A stretch of 64,000 nucleotides of DNA from Felis catus. Its lineage: Eukaryota. The notes beneath the pieces are model-generated. The model ran no database searches and was not told the origin of the DNA. It saw only the letters and a list, made by a program, of their open reading frames with translations. Position numbers and translations under genes: made by a program. The DNA lies in contig NC_058383.1 in NCBI RefSeq assembly GCF_018350175.1, positions 19,160,001 to 19,224,000 on the forward strand, given 5' to 3'. Of this stretch, positions 12,444-26,544 are shown piece by piece; position 1 is the stretch's first letter, and the number at the start of each line of letters is the position of its first letter.

Positions 12444-13864
12444 GAGGACTATTGTTGCTTGCGGGTCTGTGAGTTGAGTGGGGTCACTGCTGTGGGCAGT
12501 GGGCTGACTGGGCTTGCTTCCAGACTTGGGTTCAGGTCCCGCCCCGCGTCTCCTGCCTTTCTGGAGTCAGCATCTTCCCCGGTGGAGATTCTCGTGTCGG
12601 TGGCAGAAGCGCAAGAGACGGGAGGGAAATCCGTGATGCCCCGTAAGCCGCAGCTGAGGAACATTGCACAGTCCCGTCTGCCCGTCTCCCAGGGGACGAA
12701 GCAAGGCACGTGGCCAGGCCCCAGGTCAGTAAGGTGGGGGAGCGCATTCTGCCCCGCGAGTCAGGGGGCTGAATATTTGCTGAGAACAGTGATGCGGTCG
12801 ATCCCACTGTGTGCTATGGGTCTCTTTGCCGAAGTGCCCGTTAGGCACCTCGTGTTTCCATTTCCACGCGGCTGCGTGCGCCCCCGAACCCAACACCTGC
12901 CCGACGCTCCGTGCCGAGCGTCTCCTCCCTGTGCTGCTTGATGTCCTGTCCCGGAGATGGACGCCCAGCTTGTTCTCTGCTCCCTGTCACCGCGGATGTG
13001 GCTGCAGGGAGCGTCCTCAGGCCCGTGCTCCTGAGGACGCGTGTGCGAACGTCCTTGGAGCGTGAGCCCGGGAGCAGGACTGCGGGGCTGTAGGGCAGGG
13101 TCTGTTTATTTGCAACATTAACGCCGGCCTGTTCCCCCCACAGCTCATGCTTGCCTGTCTGGGGAGTAGAAAGCAGAGGGACACCTCCTTGCCTCCTTCC
13201 TTTGCAGTTCTCGGATCAGTGGTGCCTCTGAGCGTTTCTACCCGTGTGCCTCAGGCTCGGATTTCCGCTTCTGGAAACTGCTTCTTCCTGTCCTCTGTAC
13301 TGTGTGCCTTCCACCAGGAGAGAGGCCAGGGGGCTGGGAAGGGGGCTGGGCTGGGGGCGGCTGGAGACCCCCCACCTGGACACAGGGGGTTTGAGGTCAG
13401 AGCAGGGCATCCACGTGGCTGAGTCCTCAGGGGCCACAGGCCAGAGGTGGTGCTGGAAAGAAGTCCAGGCTCGTCCGCTTTGTCCTGGCCTTGATTGCTC
13501 AGCCTTCCGCCGCAGCTCTGAGTGGGGAACTTGTCCTTTGCTTGGCCCTGTGAAGAACCCAAATGAAGAAGCAGATGTCAGATGGTTTGCTGTATTACGA
13601 GTGACCCTGGAGACACTGATGAGACCCCCCCCAAGCCCTCCTTCCTCAAACCGTTAGGGAAATCGAGAAAAGGGCGGTTCTGAACCACCCCAGCTGAGGA
13701 CCTACTATGTGCCAGCAGCCTCCTACACGTTGAATTCTCAGGGATAACGAGATCACTCCGGGGATGAGAATTTGACCTACCTCGCAGGGGGCTTGTGGGA
13801 ATCGAGTCCATCCACTCTGTCGACAAACATTGACTGAGCACCTACTACGGGCCGGGCACGTGTT

Positions 13865-14075
13865 GCCTGAGTGGCTCAGTCTGTTAAGCGTCCAACTCTT
13901 GATTTCAGCTCAGGTCATTACCTCATGGTTTGTGAGATCGAGCCCCTAGTTGGGCTCTGCTTTGCGGAGCCTGCTTGGGATTCTCTCTCTCCTCTCTCGC
14001 TCTCTGTCTCTGCCCCTCCCTCTCCCTTCTTCTCTTTCTCTCTCTCTCTCTTAAAAGAAATAACAACAACAAAAC
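13865..14075 (+). mobile_element. Can-SINE
   Basis: gcctgagtggctcagtctgttaagcgtcc..., CT-rich segment, (AAC)n tail. Confidence 0.85.
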
Positions 14076-14589
14076 ACCCAAAGGAGGTAAGGCGGCCAAC
14101 CACGTGGGGTCAGTGAGGCTTTCTAGAAGAGCTATTGGAGCAGCCCCAACAGTGGCTGGGCAGCGTGGAAAACCATTAGGGCTTATCCACGGGGATGTGG
14201 AGGCCCAGAGGGGTCACGCGACCCGCCCAAAGTCACAGGAGAAGGCCGGGACTAAGATGAGGGGTTGAGTGGACAAAGTTTAGGAGACCCTCAGTCTCAG
14301 AGGCGTGCAAGTCCTGGTCCTGGCTAAGAGGTGCAGCTCAGACCCAGGTCTCTGACACACTCAGAGTGAGGCACACATAGGGTGCCAGCTATGCAGGGGC
14401 TTGGCTACCGCTTTCTCGCAGAGGGTCTTTTCTCGGGGGTAATCTGGACTGTAGGAGACCCATCAGAACAGGAAAAGAGAGGGTGGTAGAAGAGAGAAGG
14501 AAGCTGGGACCCTGCCCACCCACTCTTCATTCAGTGCTGGGTCACCGCACCCAGCTTGTCAGGGGGCAGATGTACCAATAACCACTACA

Positions 14590-15075
14590 ATAGTCAAGAC
14601 TTTTAAAAACCACACACAACAGAACTATAACTCAGACAGGCTGAAAGGAAAAGGAGAAGGTATGGGTCCAAGTGACCGAAAAGCCACCTTCAGGCACGGA
14701 TGGATCCAGGATTCAGACTACATCGATTTCTTATCAGCTGTCGGCTTTCATCCGTTGTGGCTTCATCCTGGAGCTGATTCTTTCCAGAAGGTAGCAAAAT
14801 GGCTGCTGGTGCATCCACGTACAGCAATCCCAGAAGGAAGAGAGCCTTTTTCCCTCGGCAGCACCCACAAAAGCCCCAGGCTGATTCTCCCTGGGATGGT
14901 TTTGGCTACTTGTCCTTTCTGAATTGATCACAGTCATTGGGAAAATGCAAACCTCTAACTGGCTAGGACTGGCTCATCCCTGGGGCTGGGGGCGAGATCT
15001 TTCCAACCACAAGACTGAGGCCGACGGAGAAGGGTGGTTCTCTAAGGAAAACCCGGGCAGCTGTTACCAGAAGGG
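14590..15075 (-). mobile_element. MLT1-family (MaLR) LTR remnant
   Basis: ttcaggcacggatggatccagg and other motifs shared with copies at ~30180, ~45350 and ~52700. Confidence 0.6.
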
Positions 15076-15209
15076 AGGATGGTCCGTGTCATTCCACCCC
15101 CCACGCTATGATTTCCACCCTCCAACACCAGCAAGGAGACATTTACCCACTAGCGAAGTGGCTCTTGAGTCTGGCTGTACCTCAGAAGCACCCTGGGGTA
15201 ATTAAAAAT

Positions 15210-15419
15210 GTTTTTTTAGTGTTTATTTATTTTTGAGAGAGACAGAGACAGAATGTGAGTGGGGGAGGGGCAGAGAGAGAGGGAGACACAATCTGAAGCA
15301 GGCTCCAGGCTCCGAGCTGTCAGCACAGAGCCCGACGCGGGGCTCGAACTCACAAACCGCGAGATCATGACCTGAGCCGAAGTCGGATGCTCAACCAACT
15401 GAGCCACCCAGGTGCCCCC
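15210..15419 (-). mobile_element. Felid Can-SINE
   Basis: Full antisense body inserted in a MER5-like remnant. Confidence 0.92.
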
Positions 15420-15514
15420 ACCCCGGGGCAATTTAAAGAAATACAGGTGCCTTGTGCCCTACCTTGACAGATGCAGGTGCAGTAGGTCTGAGGTAAGGCC
15501 ACCCCCCCTCACTA

Positions 15515-15704
15515 TTATGTTATGTTATATATATTATATTATATCATATCATATCATATCATATTATATTATATTATATTATATTATTTCATTCCATTCC
15601 ATCTCATTATTTGAAAGTAGGCTTCATGCCCAATGGGGGGGCTTGAACTCACAACCCTGAGATCAAGAGCCACATGTTCCACTGACTGAGCCAACCAAGT
15701 GCCC
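15515..15704 (-). mobile_element. Short/older Can-SINE with (ATATT/ATATC)n tail
   Basis: Ends ctgagccaaccaagtgcccc. Flanks cactattat / caccattat. Confidence 0.75.
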
Positions 15705-16899
15705 CCACACCATTATTTTTTAAAGGCTCCTCCTGCAGTCAGGGCGGAGAACCAAGGTTCCGGGTCCCCAGTCCTTAATTCGCTGCATGTATTACCATTT
15801 TCTTATAAGGAAAGATTAAGAGGGGGCAGAGGAATCCATAACTGGGCTCTAAGCCCTTAGCCGGTCTCTGGCTTATATTAAACTGAGGTTTGAACTGGCT
15901 TCCAGGTCTCCTGGGACGGGGACCAGGATGGCCTTCAGCAGGCAGTGGCTTCTGATGGGCATCAAAGCCGCTGAGGTCAAACTCCCGCCACCTGGGCCGT
16001 GAACTGCTCCGAGGGCCCCCTGACCCAGCCCGCCCCTGAGCCTCGGCCACCAGCCCTGTGTCAGCAGGAAGCGTGTGGTCAGCTGAACGGAATCCAATTA
16101 GCTGCCTCTCCTTGGGGTGAGGTGGACCCTAAACAACCCGAGCCCTGGTCTTTGTTTAGTTTTCTCTCTACTCACAAGGATTTCGTTGTCCTTAGAACTG
16201 GGCCCAGGAGCGAAGAGCCGGGGAAGGACCAAGGGACACATAATGAGGGTCTCCTCAGGGGAAGCATCTTCACAGGTGTATTTGCTACCATATCTTGAGG
16301 ACTTGGGCAGCATTGGGTCGGGAGAAAGTTCTAGAGTCACATGGACTGAGGGCGGCAATCCACGGTCTGGGACTCGCTTCTCTTTGTGATGTTGATCCTG
16401 ACCTCTTGAGCCTCAGTTTCCCTGCCTGTCAAATGCGGCTAATAGGAATTCCTACCTGATAGGGCTTTTGTGGGTGAAACAGGGCAGCGTAGTGAAGGTG
16501 TGGGCCTGGCACATGCAGGCTGTGACGATTATCGTCACCTGCCGAATAAGTACTTGCCGAGACCTGCGGGAGGTACTCGGGGACACTCTCTGCCCTCATG
16601 AGCTTATGGTCTAGTGAAAGAGACAAACATGAATAAAATGAAGCTAGGAATGACTTATGCATCGAGGAAATTGTGATAAAGCACGGATTCTCCGGTGTGG
16701 CCGCACACTGGATTCACCTGGGGGACATCTAAGAGATACGGATGCCCCACCCTGACACTTAGAGAGTCTGATCCACCGGTCCTAGGCTGGGGTTGGGGCA
16801 TCAGTGTTCTTAAACTCTCCCTAGGTGCGTGGCCAAGGTCGAGAATCACTGACCAAATAAAAGGATGTTTGACAAGCTGTTTACAACAAAGGAAACTTG

Positions 16900-17340
16900 C
16901 CTAAACTGAGGTCGCGGAGGGTGTCCTGGGGGAGGTGAGAACTGAGGGACAGATATGAGCCTACTAAGATAGGGCTCGGTGGGGGCGATGCTGAAAAAGA
17001 GAGTTCCGGTTAGGGAACAGCAAGTGCAAAGGCCCTGTGGTTTGAAGGAGGATGGCACCGAGGAGGGGGTCTGAGGAAAAGCTAGTGTGACTGGAGCACA
17101 GAGGGGATGACTGTGGAGCCAGGGGAGGGGCCATACTGCACAGAACTTTGACATCTTTCCTCCATCCGAGCAGTAAGGGGAGCCATTGAAGGACTCTGGC
17201 GGGAGGTGATGAGGTCAGGGGCGCACTTTCAAAAGATCCCTCTAGTTGTTGTGTGGAGGGTGGATGGGAAGGGGATCCGTTTGGGCACGGGAGACCCCGG
17301 AGGAGGCTACGGCAGTCACGTGGGTGAGCAGAGACAGAGG
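16900..17340. mobile_element. L2 fragment
   Basis: agggaacagcaagtgcaaaggccctgtgg...gggagccattgaagg...aaagatccctctag L2 motifs. Similar pieces lie at ~28560-29030, 32880-33130, 34340-34800, 49000-49340 and 58950-59290. Confidence 0.7.
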
Positions 17341-18939
17341 GTTGGATGAGGGGGTAGCTCAGCGTAGAGATCAAGGGCTTGGGGTTGGCCTCAGTCTCTG
17401 ACCATGTTCTCTTCACTCTTCAGAGCCTCAGTTTCCCCATCTGAAAAGCCAGGGTAGTAGTAATCAGCCACCTCCCAGGGTCGTCGTGATCATTAAAGGG
17501 GAGATAATGAACTGCCTACATCCCAGTAGGCACCTGATTGATGTCAACCTTTCCGGCTACTTCTACTTAGGCAGCTCCCTCTTACTCTTCAGTCCCTGCC
17601 CCAGATGTCACGTCTTCCAGCTCATTCTTTCTCCGCTGGGATTCCTTGTCAAAGCATTTTATCAACTGTGTGGCACTTGTCTGCGTCCCCCGCTGGGCTA
17701 ACCGGGAGCGCTGTGAAGGCAGAGACCGGAACCGCTTTGATCAGGGCTCCCTTTCTAGCCCAGTGCCTGGCACACAGCAGTACTTAATAAACGTGTTCAC
17801 GAATGCATACATTTTTGGGGCTGAGTACAGACTGCTTGCGGTCAGGGGCTTTGGAGCACTTAGTGATGGCTTCCCACACTTACGATCTAATGTCTGGTGC
17901 CTCTTCTAGGAGCAGGTGGAGCAGTAGCATCAGTAAGCCTTTGTCTTTCCTTTTCTCTGTTGCATAGTCGTGAAGGCTGTTTTGTTGAAATCCAACGAAG
18001 AGCCCCACTTCAATTAATGTACAAAAACTTTCACGGAGCATGCCTCTCAAACGTACACAACGCACACGGTTTATTCGGCAAGGTTTTCTCTCCCCCTCTG
18101 ACGTTGGCATAAATACATTATGGCTTGGACCTCCCGGGCTGCCCTCTGCTGTCACCGTTCAAGGACTCATGCGTGCTGCAGGTGGGACCGTGTGTTTGGT
18201 TGATCCTTCGTCTTCGCTTCTTTGCCGGCTTGGTTAATGATGCCATCATTCATCTTGTCACCCCCTGCCCCCTGGCCCTAGCATAAAGGCACCGCTGGTT
18301 CCGTGGATTTCGCCTCCCTGGATGGGTGGATTCTCTCACTTCCTTCCCACGAACGCAGTCCTGGGTGAGCCTGTGGTATTCCCCTTGGGCAAAGGTGGCT
18401 TGCTCCTAACTGGTCTCTTTTTGCCCACCTCTCCCCTGCTATGCATCCTGTATCCACACCCAGTCTTCCCCAAATCTGAGCTTTTCTGTGTCTCTTTTCT
18501 CTGAAAGCTTTAGTGGCTTCCCATGGCTCCACATTTCTGAGCCCAGCCTCCTTCAGCCAGCGTTTAAACATTCCCCCCAGTTCTGCCTCAGCATAGCCAT
18601 ACATTCCACCCTCCTCCCATTCCCACCGCCCAACACCCCAACTTCCCAGGGGCACTCGTTCTTCCTGGAAGATGCCCCTCAGCTGACCGCCCCTCCAACT
18701 CTCCTCAAACCGGAACTGCGGGCTGAAATGCTGGCCCCTCCCACTGTTGACATTTACACATCCTTCAACACCCAGATCAAATGTCATCTCCTTTACGAAT
18801 TTCAGTCTCTTTACTCAGACTTAATTGCTCCTCCGAGTTGGAAGGAAGTGAAATGTCCAGAGGAGGAATAAGAGAGACACGGTTGGCTGTTTCCCCGATG
18901 TCTGTGCACCCTGCCCAACTCCTTTCAAGAAGAATTTGC

Positions 18940-19400
18940 TTTGGCTCAGCTATCCACATGTATCCATTCTTGGGGAATGTGGCCCGTGTCCCCAGCCCAG
19001 GAGTGAATCTTGATCACTCAACGAGGTCTAAATCAACAAGGTTATCTTGTCCCCTTGACAGTGATTGGCTTAGAAGTAGGTGTGTGACCCAGTTTTGCTG
19101 GGAGACCATGGAAAACTTTTCTCACTCTTAGAAGAGATAATTCAGTTTGGATTGCTGACAACATATTATGACTGTCAAGGTCAAAATTAGGACAACCCAT
19201 CATCTGTCATTGTCAGGACGGCAGAACACAAATGTGGGAAGGACTTTGCGATGATATTGTTGAGCCGCTAAATTAACCAACCCCAGAGATGCTTTCCTTC
19301 CAAGGTGTCCTTCATGTGAGATAAGAAAATCTCTTATCGTTCAAGGCAGTCGAGTCAGGGTGTGTTGTTACTTGCAGCCTAAAGCACCCAGGCAGATACA
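18940..19400 (+). mobile_element. MLT1-family LTR remnant (sense)
   Basis: cagtgattggcttagaagtaggtgtgtgacccagtt...gttacttgcagcctaaagcacccaggcagataca terminus. Confidence 0.6.
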
Positions 19401-19573
19401 AGGACAATAGCAAAGTCAATGCAGGCCTGTCTGCTCGCGAGGATGTTATACAGCCATTAAGAGAGAAACTCTAAGTTGTGTAGCTGCATGAAACACGTTA
19501 CGACATTATTTATGCAAATCGCTCAAGACACAGAACGGTCGGTCCAGCATGATATAGAAATGTATGCAAATGA

Positions 19574-19790
19574 GGGGCGCCTGGGTGGCGCAGTCGGTTG
19601 AGCGTCCGACTTCAGCCAGGTCACGATCTCGCGGTCCGTGAGTTCGAGCCCCGCGTCGGGCTCTGGGCTGATGGCTCAGAGCCTGGAGCCTGTTTCCGAT
19701 TCTGTGTCTCCCTCTCTCTCTGCCCCTCCCCCGTTCATGCTCTGTCTCTCTCTGTCCCCCCAAAAAATAAAATATTAAAAAAAAAAAAAA
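19574..19790 (+). mobile_element. Very young felid Can-SINE
   Basis: CpG-intact body, pure A run. Perfect 18-bp TSD agaaatgtatgcaaatga at 19556-19573 and 19791-19808. Confidence 0.97.
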
Positions 19791-19924
19791 AGAAATGTAT
19801 GCAAATGAGAAAAGATCAGAGGAAAGTAGTTTTTAAAAATGGTGATGGCCGTGTTAGGGTAGTAAACCTGTTCCTTTCTTCCTTCACTTCTTGCAACCTT
19901 TCGTACTGTGTACATACTCACCCA

Positions 19925-20200
19925 TACATATACATAATATTGAATTTACTGTACATAGTATGTGGTATGCTATAATGATATGTAATATTTACCACATAGC
20001 TCAATAAATCTATATAGTATATGCTAAACATAGAGCACTATATACAATGACATATATTCATATAGTTATATATATATATACATTATGTATATTTATATAT
20101 GCATTTATATATACCTGTGTATATGTAATTTTGCTCTTACTGATTTAAGCACTTTGTAAATATAAATATTACATTTATAAGTATTAAATATTAAGTACCT
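19925..20200. repeat. AT-rich low-complexity (TA/TATG) tract
   Basis: tatatatatatacattatgtatatttatatat and similar, set in a GC-rich background. Confidence 0.8.
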
Positions 20201-23200
20201 CCTACATATGAAACTGAATTAACCCTCACAAACTCTCTGAGGACGATACTATTGTCATTCCCCTTTTCCTTTGAGGAGACTGAGGGCCCAAAGAGGCTGG
20301 GTAACTTGTGCAAGGGCACAGATCTGGTGTGTGGGGAGACAAGACTGGAACACGGGCAGCTGGGCTTTTAATCACCATGGCGCCCTACCTCTGAGTGTCC
20401 ATAAAAACTGGTTCCCATAATACTAGGTGGTTTTGCTAGTAATCCCAGGGCATGGGCTTGACAGAGTGTGTCAGGGATATGGGATTGGAAGGTGGTCCTC
20501 ACCTTGGGAGGGGGTATGGAGCCTCTTGAGAGTGCAGGGACAGAGGCAGTTGTTCAGCAAGTGTGGCCCAGATGGCTGTGGTGTTCTGAGTGCCACACAC
20601 AGGCTGGATCCTGGCCCCGGGCAGCAGAGCGAAGCTTTATGATCATGTCCAGCCCGTATCCCAGCAGCAGGGTTTAACCAGCCAGTAAATACTGGTTCAA
20701 TTTGTCAAATCTGTACATGCAAATGGTATGCTTAAATGGTGGCGTGTTAAAGCAGTTGTGGAGGCTAAGGGGGGGGCGAGGAGGTTCATGAACATTAGCA
20801 TAGGATACCTCTATCTGTCTGTGACTGGGGAAATGGCTGGTGTGTGGGATGAGTGCTACCCATCCTTGGATTCAAATCCTGGGGCAAATGGTACTGGGGA
20901 GCTGTCCATCAGGCAGTGCAGAAGGCTTGGGTCACGAGAGGAAGCAGAATGTGGAGTGAACACAGGGAAAGGAGTTGGGGAGGGAATCGCAGGGACTGGG
21001 AATCCGGGTCAGCGTCTGCATCAGTGAATCCCATCTTCCTCTGGGGGTGACTAGTCATATCGACCAGGGGCCAATCTATTGTAATCAAGTGGGGAAACTT
21101 ACTAGGTTCAGTAGTAAATATATAAGACGTATTTGGTTATAGGTATGTGAAGGAGAAAGCATAATTATATGGCCATGCATATTTGAAAATATATTGTAGT
21201 CATGGGTTGTTTTTTTTTTTTTTGAGAAAGATCAATGGAATCAGACAAATATCTTGTGCAGTAAGATGCTTGGAGACACAGGCATGATAAAGAGAGGGAA
21301 ACTGCAGTTTTGACATTCTTGTGGCCACTAGAGAGATGGAGGAACTAGACTAGTGCAGAGGAGAGAGAAACAAGTCATTTTCAGGCAGGAGGGATGGGTG
21401 ATGGATAAAGGAGATGTGTATGGGCATGGTCACAGCAAGGGTAAATAAATGAGATGTTGATGAATTTGTTTATTGCATTCTGTTCATCAGCACAGCTGCA
21501 TAGAGGACACAGTGGACTGGGGGAAGGGTGGCAGGTACTCTCCTGGTGGTCTTGGGGGGGGGGTTGGCTTGACTTATCAGAAATTGTGACATCTTGGTGC
21601 CTCGGTCTCCTTCCCTGTCTCGCGCTGCTGCCGAAGAGGGTGGGCGACACGGACAATCAAGGCAGAATCTTCATCTCAGGAGGGTGCTACCGTCTAAGAC
21701 ACGTCACCAAAACAAGAATTTGGAAAAGAAACCAAGACAGAGATCTGGTTATACAGAGGTGGTATCCCAGCTATCAATCCCGTACCCCAGCTGGACAGGA
21801 AGTCCATCTATATGAACTGGGGCACAATTGAGAAAGCCTTTGAAGGATGAGTAGGAGTTTTGGAGGAAAGATGTGGGGAAAGGAGACCCAGGCAGTGAGA
21901 ATGTGCCTTGTTTGTCTTATTTGGGGGAGTGCTGAGGAATTCATGTAGTTGGGGTTCATGGTGGTTGTGTTGTAGGAGATAAGGCTGGGAAAGTTAGTGG
22001 GGGCAAGAGTTGAAAAAGAATGTGCCAGATGAAAGTCTATGGTCTTCAAACAGTGCTAAGAGTGATACTCAAATCCTTTAACAGCCAACAGGCCAATGGG
22101 AAGAATGGGCGCTGGCCATGGTGCTGGAGCAAGTCTTGGAAGGGGGACCTAAGGTCTCGGAGAGATGGACAGGAGCCATGTGTGTATGTGCAGGGGGCAC
22201 CTGGGTGGGGAGAGGTGGGGCTCAAGATAGCAACTATTTACCGGCATGAACTGATATGAAAGCATTTCAATATCTGAACCATCAGAATGACTGTACTGGT
22301 GCATATTTGCTGCGTATCAGGCCTGAGTTGAGAGCAGGGGAGTGTTACAATTGGATTTATGCTTTGAAGAGTGGTTGTAGTCACAGCAAATGTTTGTTTA
22401 CCAGGTGGATTGATGGGTCATAGAATTTTGGAATGGATAGGGATCTGGGCTGATTTCTTTCCATCTGACAGAATGTAAAAGTCCTTTTCAGTCCTTCCTG
22501 GCCAGAAATCACCTGTTTCCATCTGGCTCTTCATTTCCCTGTGACTGAACATATCCCCAGCTCCCCACATTGTCTGCTCTTGGCCACTGCAGCCCAAGCT
22601 GCCTCTGTCCCTGGCTGGTTGTCTCTACTCAGCCCTGTCTGGACACGCCTGCTGTGCTTTGCTCTTTCCTCCCCTCACCAGCAGGAGCATTGGCAGTCTT
22701 CTGGGATTTAATTACAGGTTCCCCGAGGGCCTTTCAGCCCATCACAGGGCTCCTGCAGGCTGCTGGGAGGGGGACAGTAGCGTGCGGCGATGAACAGCAG
22801 CTTCCCTGCATGGTGGCTGTACCCAGTGGCCGGCCCACGCTCCTTGGGCTGCTCTGCATTTTCCTGAGCAAAACATGTCTCATTCCCGTTTTGCAAGATC
22901 AGATAGCAAACGGGGAAAACACTTAGAGCAGGAGAGATGATAAAAGAGAGGGCCGTGCTGCCAGGGTGGAGGACAGAAAGCACAGCGGTTCCCTTGAAGG
23001 TGGTGCCTGCTTCCAACAACTCCCGGAGCCTCTTTACATTTGTTAAATAATGACTCAGTAATTCTGCTCACTTTAATTAAGCCGGCCTGGTGTGCTGACA
23101 GCTCAGGTCCAGGTGGGGATCTTTTTGGCCTTAGGCAGCCACGCTAAGAGTCCAAGAAAGTCCATAGACTAGGGTCAGCAAATACACAGCACGCATACCC

Positions 23201-26200
23201 CCTGTTCCCTTGCTTCTCTGCCCAGGGCAGACATTGTTAATCGATCATGACACCACTAAGCCTGAATGTTATAGGAGCCTGGATATGAGGGTTGGCTATT
23301 CAGGGCTGAGCGGTAGCTTCAAATAAGACAATGAGAGATTTTTTTTTTTTCCCTTGTCTTCTTGAAGGACCTCAAGTATGCCTCAGAGGAGGACATTATA
23401 ACAGTGTTGTAGGAGGTTTCTTCCCCGCCCCAGCCCCGCCCCGTCAAGATTCCTCAATATTTCCCCAATTCAGCTCCCTCTGAAATGTCATTTGGCACGG
23501 GGTAGGAGGGACCTTCATCAAGAGAGACGGGAGAAATCCACTCACCTGTGTACCCTTTGTTCTTGTTCCTAGGGAATAAATAAGCATCCAAACATCCTGT
23601 CTCTCGTTTTCCTCCTTCAGGGTGAAAACCAAATGATATGAACTCTATATTATCGACTAGGGTGGAATGTGGAGCCCGCTCCTCCTTCCTTTACCACTCT
23701 GCTGTAATTTCTCCCTGGGCACCCACCTCTCCATCACTCTCAATCTGTGGTCAGGAAGAGGCTGACTCTCCTCTCCAGGGGATGGGCATGGGGTCCAGGC
23801 CTGGCCAGAGTTTTCCATCTTTTTGGCCATCATGACGGACCCTAGATTCTAGTAGGCTAATGAGACTCGGCTCTGGGGTTTTGCTGTACCTACTGAGAAA
23901 GTGGGGCTCTCCAACTGGGCTTGCAGGCTAAGCGGGAGGGGCATTAGCCTGGAGCTGCCAGTGAATGTCTTTGTGGGCAGCTGGGGGAGATCTTGCCCCG
24001 CCCTGAGGCGGGACTGAATTTGGCATGTTTTGAGGAACAGAAAGACCAAATGGCTAGGCAGGGAGGGTGAGGGGAGGGTGGCAGGAGATGAAGTGGGAGA
24101 AGAAGGCGGGGGACTATGGAAAAGTCCTGAAGGCCATAGTAGGGAATTTGCAGTCGATTCTAACAGCAGTGAGAAGCCATTACCACTTTGGGCATCCCCA
24201 CGCCCTCGAACTTTCTTTGCTTCTGACATCTCTCTCCATACGAGGTATCTTGGATATTACCAGGTTTGATTAAGAGTTGGGAGATTCGGGACATCCTCCA
24301 GCTCTGCTGGTAACTTGCTCAGTGAAAGGGGCCGGCCGCACCCCCTCTCTGGGCCTGTTCCCACTCTGGTTCATGATGGAATTGGACTAGTTCAAGGATA
24401 ACAAGGCGATTTCATCCTTCGTCCCTTTTCTCTTCACCGGGCAGTGCCTGCCTGGACAGCTGTGAGGAGAAGGATTGTGTGCATCACCCACGGTCTGTGG
24501 GAGAGTGCCATGATCGATTAGCAATGTCTGCCATGGGTAAAGAGAAGGAAGCATTGATTCATTCACATCCAGACTGCCCGCTCCTGGAGGTGTCTCCCCT
24601 AGCATTTTATGGGACTTTGTGTCAGATGTATCAGCCTGGAGCGCGAGCCGGGAACACAAATGTCTGGCAGTTAGGGAGCTTACGCTGGGCTTCCCACTTT
24701 ACAAAGAGTTTTTATGGCCATTTTCTCATTGATCCTAACAATCCGTTGTGTTTGCCTCCTACCCAGCTTCCCTTCTCCTGGTAACCATCTCCAGGTTTTT
24801 TCCTTGGGTGACAATCCCTTCTATGCTCAAGCCATGTGTTTTGGAGCTGAGGACAGAGCATGAGACCCGGGCTTTTGCCACCATAGCCCTCCAGCCATGG
24901 CAACAGGTCGAGAGATGCATCCATGACTGTACGTAGGTTAGGGGATATAACGAAATGTTTGCTGCAGCCCCTGGAAGGAGACTGTGCCCTGTGGATTTGA
25001 AGGTGATGGGACATGGGCTGTTTGCTATGGCCTCGAGTGCTGATTCCGTACATGTCCTCTCAACTTGACATTCAGTGATGTCACGCTGGGAGCTCAAAAT
25101 CAGCCACAGTGGGAGCATTTGCTACAAATCAAGGGCTCTCCCATCCCCCAAGAAACAGGCTGCCAGCATGCCACTGGCCTGGAGCTGCCAGCGACTTTCT
25201 TGCCATTGCATGGAGCCTGAGACCTGAGCCACAGAGTGGAAGGTGGAACCAAAAGATAGAGGACCAAGCCCTGAGTCCAGCTGGACCTGAAGCTGGACCT
25301 GCCTTTACACCTTTCGGCCAATAAAATTATTCTTCTGTTTAAGCCTATTTGGGTTGTATTTTCTGTCTCTTACACCTAAAAGACGACTGGTATAAATTTT
25401 ACATTCAATATGCAACAAACAGATGGTTTTATACTCATTACTTCAAACTTGAATGGCTCTCCGCTGCCTTGGGAGGAACGTTCAAATTCTCACCTGGCAC
25501 CCCAGATTTCCCGCAGTCTGGCCCCACTTTCTTTCTCTGGCCTCCGATGAAGGCGTCCTGTGCTCTAGGTTAATTGGACTTTTAAACCGCTTTCGACAGA
25601 CTCTTCTCCCAACCCTCCTCTGTGCCTTTGTCCATTCTGTTCCCTCAGCCGCTCTGCTATGCCTGTCACCATCTGAAAAGATCTTATTTACCTCCTCACG
25701 TGTTCGTTTTCAATCTCCCCAAGGGAGCAGACTCCCCGTTTCGTTCATAGCTCTATCCCCGGTACCTCCAACACTGCCCGGCGTTGGTGCTCAATCACGT
25801 TTGTGGAATAAATGAGGGCTGCTTGGGTCCATGAGCCCAGGAAGCCACGTTGACTCTCCACTGTCATTTGTTTGCTCACTACCCTGTCCTGGATGCCCAG
25901 TCTTTATTTATGGCCCCACAAGGCCTCCCGCTGTTCATGGATTTCTTTGCCTTCAAATATTTCTTTCATATCTGAAACAGAAGGCTGGAAGCGCCCCCTA
26001 AATCACCAGACTTCCCAGGCAGCACGCCACATGTACAGACCCTGCCCTAACCCCCCTCCTTCCTACTTTTGAAACCAGCTGTGTGTGTGCGTGCATGCGC
26101 GTGCATGAGTGTGCATACCTCCTCTCGGATAGAAATGCTTCTCCGTGCTCACCAGTGGTAGCCCCATCACTCCAGCTTGGCCTTGCCTTATCTCCAATCA

Positions 26201-26544
26201 ATACCCGTGTTGTAGCGGCTTAGTTATGCCTGCAGTCAGGAGCCATTTGCTTCTTGCTTGGTTGCAGGCAGGTTCTCCTCAAAGCCCATTTGAGATCACA
26301 GCCCTTTGATTATCACACAAATGATACGGGAGCAGCAATCACAGAGCTGCAAAGTCGAGGCGAAAGAGTGCCGCCTGCCACTTGGCTGGGCTCCTTCCAG
26401 ATGCTTGGTTTTTTGTTTTTTTTTTTTCTTAGGTGTGGGTACAGGGCGATCTTCCAAATACCGAGCGGCTGGCAGGATGCAGGACTGACCAATCAGCCCG
26501 GTTGTATCCTTCCCCACCCCACCCCCATTTATATATTATTACTT

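Noticed and set aside
17886..17968. Possible 23-nt microexon (ctaat...cttctag|17910-17932|gtaagc) and an adjacent polypyrimidine acceptor
   Set aside because: Frame-shifting, not GSG1L-like, and such signals arise by chance in large introns. There is no transcript evidence.
20668..22325. Single ~1.6-kb hAT element defined by weak inverted termini
   Set aside because: The termini are very degenerate and the 8-bp flanks do not match. More likely these are separate old fragments.
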